This document shows positions 1-6,018 of a stretch of 6,018 nucleotides of DNA, piece after piece. The position numbers and the translations under genes were made by a program. Each line of letters starts with the position of its first letter. Position 1 is the stretch's first letter. Where the stretch lies: contig JAAOMT010000569.1 of NCBI GenBank assembly GCA_016748015.1, positions 1 to 6,018 of the forward strand, written 5' to 3'. A model generated the notes under the pieces. The model had not been told where the DNA came from and searched no databases. It saw nothing but the letters and a program-made list of their open reading frames with translations. This stretch comes from Geosiphon pyriformis uo1 (taxonomy: Eukaryota > Fungi > Glomeromycota).

Positions 1-879
1 ACAGCAGCTTTATCTGTAATAATTAAAAAACCAAGTAACCAAAATCTTTTGGAATATTTACCAATTATTTAAAAATTATAATTATTTTAAATAATATTAA
101 TAGCTTTTTTAAGGTATTTTAATGCTTTAATAAAATTTTGTATATTTATTAGCAATGGCAAAAACTTGGTATTTTGACAACCAAAAACTGTTTAAATATT
201 TTGTAAACTAATAATATATTGTTATTAAAAAGACCCACTATTAATTTAAGTCTAAAAAAATATTAAATCTACTTAAAATATTTTCAAAATAAAAATAATT
301 TGATACCTTTTTGTTTTGGTTTTTAAAAAACTTTTAATTAAGCAATTTACAGTTATTTAATATAAAAAATATTTAAAATCAAGAGATTATTAATTAAATT
401 AATTATTTTTCTTTGCAAATATTTTTAAATAAGTTTATTTAAAAAATTATACAGAATAAATTAAGTATGGTTTTTTTATTTCATATTAACGAGTGTGCCC
501 AACCACTACCTATTTTTTTCTTCAATAAACCTTTCTAAAATACTAATTACTTTTATTAAAGTAAAAACATTTTAATATTCTCTAAATTTGTTAGCATTGA
601 ATATATAGTTATATATAATTTTAAGCTACTTATTAGGATAAGTGAATTATGTGAAGATTAATATTGAAACAAGAATATTGTTCATTGTGTGAATATATTT
701 CTATATTAGTGATAAAATTCTATCTTCTGAATAGAGAATCTATTCCTCAAAAGCACTATTTATTATATTTCGAATTTCATGTGCAGATACTCAGTCCCGG
801 CCTGTCTGTATATGATCCGAAGCCAAATTGTGATTAACATAGGAATGATTGAGGTTTGTAGGATGGAACAATGGGGTTT

Positions 880-1026
880 TCAAATTTTAAAGAAATAAAA
901 AATCCCAATTAGTGTAAAAATTATTATCACTACTGCTGCAATTGACAATGTTATTATTAAAGCTTTATTTTTTACTGTTAATGATGAAAGAGAAATATCT
1001 GTTGATGAATTTGCATTTTGAGACAT
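880..1026 (-). CDS. Putative 48-aa single-pass membrane microprotein (MSQNANSSTDISLSSLTVKNKALIITLSIAAVVIIIFTLIGIFYFFKI), or the 5' part of a truncated pseudogene
   Basis: Internal ATG of the listed 880..1122 ORF. Ser/Thr/Asn-rich N-terminus with an N-S-S sequon, then about 25 uninterrupted apolar residues flanked by Lys. No homology recognised. AT-rich DNA biases random ORFs towards I/L/F. Confidence 0.4.
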   Translation of the reverse strand: MSQNANSSTDISLSSLTVKNKALIITLSIAAVVIIIFTLIGIFYFFKI

Positions 1027-1807
1027 AAATTTTAACGTAAAGTTTGTCGTGAATAAAGATTTAAATGGTGGCCATGTTAATTTAAGTATATGAATATACC
1101 AAAGAAACAAAATTTTTATCATTTTTTAATTTTAAAAAGTTGAATTACAACTCAAAAACAATTACAACGATTCAGCTGAAAATATTATTATTTATTAATA
1201 ATTTGATCAAAATATTGACAGAACAGCTCAAATTTTATTATTATAAAAAATAACGTAAAAAAATTTCAATTGACAAATTCAATATATATATATTTTTTTT
1301 TTGAAAATGATAAAAATTATAATTTCAATCAAAGTTTTTGTTATGAATCTTGATTAAATATTAAGCTTTTGTTCAAAAGAAATAACTCTCAAAAGCCAAT
1401 GCTAATTTGGAATAGAAAAATAAAGGCATTTAAAAACTTATATGAAAAATAATATACCAAAGTACAAATTACTCATGAAAAATTTATTAAGAAACTTTAA
1501 TATATTTAAAATCAAAATCAATTACTAAATTTTATTTTGTCATAAATTCATGCACAAACAAAATGATGAATTTTAGGTTTAAGCAACATAAAATAAAATT
1601 AATAATGAATGAAATATATTTTAATAAAAATAATCAAATCAAAAACAAATATATATTATTAATATACAAAAATTCCAACAAAAAATTAATATATATAAAA
1701 AACATCCAATATTATTGAAAAACTTGTGTTAAAAAATGATATGATTATTTACAATAATCAAAATAATAAAACAATTTTTTTGGCTTATATATTTTTCAAC
1801 AAAAAAA

Positions 1808-1870
1808 TTTGGCAAATTGACATATAATGTTGCACTAAAATATAGCGCAACATTATATGTCATTGCCAAA
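1808..1870. repeat. Long inverted repeat / hairpin (20-bp core with 1 mismatch, plus 8-bp outer stem, 5-nt loop)
   Basis: TGACATATAATGTTGCACTA (1818-1837) vs TAGCGCAACATTATATGTCA (1843-1862); outer TTTGGCAA (1808-1815) vs TTGCCAAA (1863-1870). Confidence 0.92.
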
Positions 1871-2042
1871 AATTTGTAATAGAATGTGTTACTTTATTAC
1901 ATATTTTAAATATACTATTTTATTATGTTAATATGAATTTTTAAAATTATATTAATCATTTATGTATTAATAAAAATCAAAACTACTATGTTTACAAACA
2001 AAAAAATCTTTGTACTTTTAGATACTTAAAAGACAAAGAATT

Positions 2043-2077
2043 TTATTATTATTATTATTATTATTATTATATTATTA
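2043..2077. repeat. (TTA/ATT)n trinucleotide microsatellite, about 9 perfect units plus a degenerate tail
   Basis: Read directly: ttattattattattattattattattatattatta. Confidence 0.95.
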
Positions 2078-2378
2078 ATTGAAAAGAAACAACAATTTTA
2101 AAGTTTTTTTAAAAAAAGCCTATCTGTTTTAAAATTCGCTTGTATTAATAATGTGCATTATTTTTCATTAATAACAGATTGGCTACAGTTCAAATAAATA
2201 AAAGTTTTGTATGTTAAAAATGTTTTTTATGTCAAATAAGACATCAATAATGTGTAAGACCCATTTTCGAAAAGTGGAATTAGGTTTTATAAAAATTCAA
2301 AATTTTAAAACATTGAGAAATTTATATAAAGTGTGGCAAAGCTCCTTACCGAATTGTTTTATAGTTTTTTAAGAATGG

Positions 2379-2409
2379 TAATCTGGTGATTTGAAAAACC
2401 ACCAGACTA
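2379..2409. repeat. Short inverted repeat / hairpin (14-bp stem, 12 Watson-Crick pairs, 3-nt loop)
   Basis: TAATCTGGTGATTT-GAA-AAACCACCAGACTA. Confidence 0.7.
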
Positions 2410-3616
2410 GCTTCTAGAAAGAGTGAGAGTTGTGAATGTAAGAACATATTTTGGTTTTTATTAATATATTCACCAAAGATCCAATAGTTAAATAGTAACA
2501 AATTAACAAAATATTAATATTAAATATTTGGAATTCTACCAACTTTAATAAATTTGTAAAAAAAAAAATATGATTACAATTTACTTTGAATCTCAATAGT
2601 TTTTGATTGAAACTTCGAATTCATAAAATCTTTTCGTCAATTGATTATAAAGGATTTTCAGAGTGGTGAATTTTATTTAAAACTAAAAATCTATGATCCA
2701 ACCGAAAATAAATCAAGTAAATTTATACAACCATTTTTTTGGCAGTATTTCTATTATTCTTTTTATTGGTACAAAATTATTTTTCTAAATATACAAATGT
2801 GATCTTATGTCCTTGGTTATAAGCATTATATTTTTCAAATAATATGAATAAATAAATAGGTATTTATCATGTGAAATTGTATTAAGACATTTAAAAGAAT
2901 TGGTTAAGTTATTCCAAAGGCAAAAGACAAGGTATGATAATTTGATAAAAAATAGTTTTTGCTCAAAAAGTAAATTGGATATCAGGAAATTAATTACTTT
3001 AAATGAAACTTTGAAATATAGTTTTCTTTTTTTCTCACTGGGAAAAAGATAAATATTTAGATTAACCAAATTAAAATGTAAAAAGAATTTAAGTTTGTCT
3101 AGATTATTTAATATTTATGTTATAAACACACAGACACACACCCAAAATGTCTTTCAATAAAAAGAACATATATAAATGAACGCAGAAGGAAAAATCCAAT
3201 GTAATTAATTATTATAAAACAGCAAAAATAAAAAGCAGTTGGTTTAATAAAAATATCAAATAACTCAAACTTATCAAAATATGTATAGGTCTATTGTAAG
3301 GTAAATGTTTTTTAAAGCGGAAAAATTGCTTTTTAACCAAATCTATTATAGGTTTATCATTAAAACGTTGTCTTAAAAAATCCTGTTTAAGTATCACACT
3401 TTTCCCCTAATTTTCCTAAAATAATCAACTATTAGAAATATTTTTTTGCGTCTGACAAATATGAACTTTTTTCATTTAAATATAAATTATAAAAGATTAA
3501 ATAAATGCTAAATATTAATAAACTCAAAAAAGCTTTATAAAAATACGAGAAATTCTCTATTGAAACTTATTTTTTTGCAATGACACACGTACTATCCTTG
3601 ATATCCATCAAACGAA

Positions 3617-3662
3617 CAAACAAACAAACAAAACAAAACAAAACAAAACAAAACAAAACAAA
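3617..3662 (+). repeat. Compound microsatellite (CAAA)3(CAAAA)6CAAA, about 120 nt upstream of the lipase ATG
   Basis: Read directly from the sequence. Confidence 0.95.
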
Positions 3663-3709
3663 TAACGAAACAAATAAGCACACATCATACACCGATTGTT
3701 CCTTATGTT

Positions 3710-3719
3710 TATATAAAAA
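3710..3719 (+). promoter_or_regulatory. Possible TATA box (TATATAAAAA) of the lipase gene
   Basis: Matches TATAWAWR about 60 nt upstream of the ATG; weak evidence given the AT-rich background. Confidence 0.25.
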
Positions 3720-3778
3720 CTTTAAATTTTTAGGATTTCGGATACTTTTAAAAGATAGCAGGAGGGATAAGTTTTGAA

Positions 3779-3977
3779 ATGTACAAAATTCTCAATAGAA
3801 ACAATTTTTTATTAATCCTATTGATATTTTCGATTAATGGAAAATCACAACGATTGATTAATCTTACACGGGATATTGATTTTTTTCGAAAATTAAGATT
3901 GGCGGCGCATTATTCAAATTTCGTTTATTGCGTGAGGTATAAACCTGGGGAACGATATTCTGATCATGTTATGAAAG
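3779..3977 (+). CDS. Lipase exon 1 (putative signal peptide + first helix: MYKILNRNNFLLILLIFSINGKSQ...AAHYSNFVYC...HVMK)
   Basis: ATG at 3779. Basic n-region followed by the FLLILLIFSI h-region. YC motif of class 3 lipases. The phase-1 donor AAAG|GTTTTA at 3978 joins in frame to exon 2. Confidence 0.8.
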
Positions 3978-4129
3978 GTTTTATTATTTAGTTAAATTTG
4001 AGAATTTTAAAATGCTCATTTAATTAATTTTTGTTATTCCCATCTTGAAGCTATAATTACAGTAGATAAATCCAGCAGAGCATTGATTGTATCTTTTAGG
4101 GGTAACAAAAGTTATATAAATTAAAATTA

Positions 4130-4163
<34 letters not shown>

Positions 4164-5173
4164 CATCAACAACAACAACAACAACAACGACAACATTATT
4201 CTAATGAAATGAGGAATCAAATCTTGAATTTTTTAATTCTTTGATAAAAGGACCTGAACTGACGAAAAATCAATGGGAAACTCGAAGCAATCTACTTACA
4301 ACCTTAAAACCAGCAGGAACGGAAATAAATTCATTGATTTTGGTCGATGAACATTGGCAAAACGATTTTTTACGTGATCGTGAGTCGTTATTTAAAAGAA
4401 TAAGCTATGTATTAGCTCATAATCAATTTCCAATTTGGAGAATCTACTTTGTGGGGCATTCAATTGGTGGTGGTATGTACGTACGTTTTACAATGAAAAA
4501 CTGGTTTTTCTAAAATTTCAGAGAAAAATTGTTAATTTCTTCTGAATTTACAGCTTATAATCGCTGGACTATCATGGATATTTGAACCATTTTTTCTCAT
4601 GCCTCGTGATTCTCCCTTGCATATCTCAGCCATTACATTTGGTACCCCAAGGGTTGGTAACCGTATATTTGCTCGAATGGTCAATCAACTATTAAATACT
4701 GCGCGAATCACCTATTTTAACGATCACGTTCCACATTTTCCACCACGTGAGGTTGGATATAACCTTTTGGAACATTCTGAGAAAGAGTATTGGATTTTGC
4801 CATGTAATTGTTCAACAGAGGAAAATAATGAAGAATATTTATTGTATGAGTGTATGGGTTTTGAATACTCCAATAGAAATTATTATTCCCATGGTGATCA
4901 ATTATCTTTTGAAAACTTGTTCCCGGATGGGAATGTAATCATGTCCGGAGAAAATAAGGTTAATCTTAATTAATAATATAATGTTATTACTTACTGATGG
5001 ATAGATATCAATTTGATTAACTTATTTTTCTTTATTTTTGATTTTCAAAGAATTGCAACGCTGGCCAGTCAATCAATAATGTACCGGGTAATTTTATACA
5101 TAAAGGACCATATTTCGGGGTAACAATGAATGATTGTAGTCCGAATAATATTCAATTAAATTTTTTGATGTAA
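3779..5173 (+). CDS. Class 3 lipase (Lipase_3 / fungal triacylglycerol lipase-like alpha/beta hydrolase), probably secreted; 5 exons: join(3779..3977,4051..4101,4251..4480,4554..4958,5051..5173), 335 aa; may instead be a frameshifted pseudogene (see findings)
   Basis: The manually spliced translation shows the family motifs in order: hydrophobic N-terminus, LAAHYSNFVYC helix, LIVSFRG strand, nucleophile elbow FVGHSIGG (Ser 4460-4462), ITFGTPRVGNRIFA, RITYFNDHVPHFPP (Asp 4722-4724), HSEKEYWI, and C-terminal HKGPYFG (His 5099-5101). All four introns are GT..AG and 73-149 nt long. Confidence 0.9.
3978..4050 (+). other. Spliceosomal intron 1 (73 nt, phase 1)
   Basis: GT..AG, AT-rich, contains an in-frame stop; removal restores the frame. 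Confidence 0.8.
4051..4101 (+). CDS. Lipase exon 2, 51-nt mini-exon (AIITVDKSSRALIVSFR-G), absent from the ORF track
   Basis: Acceptor GAAG| at 4050 and donor G|GTAACA at 4102. It encodes the hallmark 'xIVSFRG' strand and is in frame with exons 1 and 3. Confidence 0.88.
4102..4250 (+). other. Spliceosomal intron 2 (149 nt, phase 1), containing a compound microsatellite
   Basis: GTAACA..AAAG; CTAAT branch-like motif at 4201-4205; removal gives FR-G-P in frame. Confidence 0.85.
4126..4200 (+). repeat. Compound trinucleotide microsatellite (ATT)2GTT(ATT)9(ATC)2(AAC)7GAC AAC(ATT)2 in lipase intron 2
   Basis: Read directly; the 3-nt register is unbroken over 75 nt. Confidence 0.95.
4251..4480 (+). 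CDS. Lipase exon 3 (lid region to GHSIGG nucleophile elbow); 3' end is 4480 (in frame) or 4472 (frameshifting)
   Basis: Acceptor AAAG| at 4250. Translation GPELTKNQW...IYFVGHSIGG. Tandem donors at 4473, 4477 and 4481. Confidence 0.85.
4481..4553 (+). other. Spliceosomal intron 3 (73 nt from donor 4481; 81 nt from donor 4473)
   Basis: GTACGT (or GTATGT)..TACAG; GTTAAT branch-like motif at 4531-4536. Confidence 0.7.
4554..4958 (+). CDS. Lipase exon 4 (LIIAGLSW...ITFGTPRVGN...NDHVPHFPP...EYWI...GENK)
   Basis: Acceptor TTTACAG| at 4553. Open frame continuous with the listed 4599..4973 ORF. Phase-0 donor AAG|GTTAAT at 4959. Confidence 0.9.
4959..5050 (+). other. Spliceosomal intron 4 (92 nt, phase 0)
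   Basis: GTTAAT..CAAAG; GATTAAC branch-like motif at 5015-5021 followed by a T-rich tract. Confidence 0.82.
5051..5173 (+). CDS. Lipase exon 5 (NCNAGQSINNVPGNFIHKGPYFGVTMNDCSPNNIQLNFLM*), absent from the ORF track
   Basis: Pyrimidine-rich tract and TTTTCAAAG| acceptor at 5050, phase 0. It supplies the catalytic His candidate (HxxxYFG) and the terminal Cys typical of class 3 lipases. TAA at 5171-5173. Confidence 0.85.
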   Translation, partial: NCNAGQSINNVPGNFIHKGPYFGVTMNDCSPNNIQLNFLM

Positions 5174-6018
5174 GATGAATAAGTTACTTTTTTTTGAAAT
5201 TTCAACTCATAAAAATACTTTTAAAATGACACTAATTTCGTAAGATTGATTTCAAATATATATATAAGAAGTATAATTAATTTTGACTAGTCTTATCGAA
5301 ATTCAAAAACTTGGCAAAAAGCAATCTTTGATTAAAAGTTAATATCCTAAAATTTTAAATCTTTTAAATTTAATAAAAACTTTGATATTTTATTATTTTA
5401 CATGACTTGAATAACTTTTGAAAGTTTATTTGTACATTTTTGATATCACACCACTTCTATCCATCTATTTAGACTTTTTTTCAAAAAATTCTGAAAATGC
5501 TATAATTAAAGGATTATAATAAAGAATTTAGTCATTGGATTTATTAAATTTCTTCTCCCATAATCAAATCTAAAACACCTCCTAGTTTTAGAATTTATGA
5601 TAATATTTGTACATATTATTTCGAATATCCCTTTAAAAAATAGATGATTGCAATAATTTTTTCAATGGAAACGAAAATATCTAAAAAACTAAATATTATT
5701 TGGATTTTTTTACGCTATTTCGATTGAAAATTTCATATATAATCTAATAATTTTCTCTAAAAAGCTCAAAATAATAATCTCAAAACTTCTCATACGTTTT
5801 TTCCCAATTTTACAAAGCGTACTAACTAAACTATCTGAACATCCGTCAAAAGAAATTTTAACTAACCTTTTGATTGGGTATCTTGCACGAACGGTATGAC
5901 ATGCATTATATGCGCCAAGATGAAAAATTGTGTTGGGAATAATAAAATCGAAACAAAAGAAATGCCAATTTTTTATATTGTTACATATGTAACTGTATTT
6001 TAGATTTCGAATATTAGA

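Noticed and set aside
1027-1122. N-terminal 32-aa extension of the 880..1122 ORF
   Set aside because: It looks like AT-rich leader sequence. The protein-like part starts at the internal ATG (1026), although the longer start cannot be excluded.
2117-2184. 12-bp inverted repeat (AGCCTATCTGTT / AACAGATTGGCT, 11/12) with an inner AATAATG/CATTATT palindrome, as a possible tiny MITE
   Set aside because: Short, no convincing target-site duplication, and compatible with chance.
2261-2277. Near-palindrome CCATTTTCGAAAAGTGG
   Set aside because: Short, needs a bulge and consists mostly of homopolymer runs.
2414-3397. Three minus-strand ORFs (2414..2596, 2785..3069, 3212..3397)
   Set aside because: Their F/L/I/K/N/Y-rich composition is typical of random AT-rich DNA. 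They lack ATG starts at the listed coordinates and have no recognisable domains.
3580-3777. 65-aa ORF with KQNKT repeats
   Set aside because: Artefact of the CAAAA microsatellite; no coding features.
4020-4220. Minus-strand 66-aa ORF with poly-Leu/poly-Ile resembling a signal or TM segment
   Set aside because: It is the antisense translation of the intron 2 microsatellite and lipase exon 2.
4747-4938. 63-aa alternative-frame ORF
   Set aside because: It lies within lipase exon 4 in another frame and has no motif.
5881-5920. GC-richer patch with TCTTG..CAAGA ends and an inner GCAT..ATGC
   Set aside because: The stems are too short and there is no tRNA or known ncRNA fold.
1-6018. CRISPR array, prokaryotic operon or defence system, or an alternative genetic code to explain the fragmented ORFs
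   Set aside because: There is no repeat-spacer periodicity. The fragmentation is explained by canonical GT-AG spliceosomal introns under the standard code.

Overview
Very AT-rich eukaryotic genomic DNA, most likely fungal; a Mucoromycota/Glomeromycotina-like origin is my inference from composition, short GT-AG introns and protein type. The main feature is a five-exon, + strand class 3 (Lipase_3, Rhizomucor-type alpha/beta hydrolase) secreted lipase gene at 3779..5173, which the ORF track shows only in fragments. Manual splicing gives exons 3779-3977, 4051-4101, 4251-4480, 4554-4958 and 5051-5173 (1008 nt, 335 aa) with Ser-Asp-His triad candidates. The gene is intact only if intron 3 uses the third of three tandem donors (GTATGT/GTACGT/GTACGT, 4 nt apart). 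The donor that best fits the family motif gives a frameshift. The protein is also atypical: FRG-Pro at the oxyanion position, VDEHW for VHxGF, and a long insert between two conserved Cys. Upstream are a small single-TM ORF or pseudogene on the - strand (880..1026), two clear hairpins (1808..1870, 2379..2409) and several microsatellites. I found no rRNA, tRNA, CRISPR array, intact transposon or multi-gene novel system that the sequence supports.
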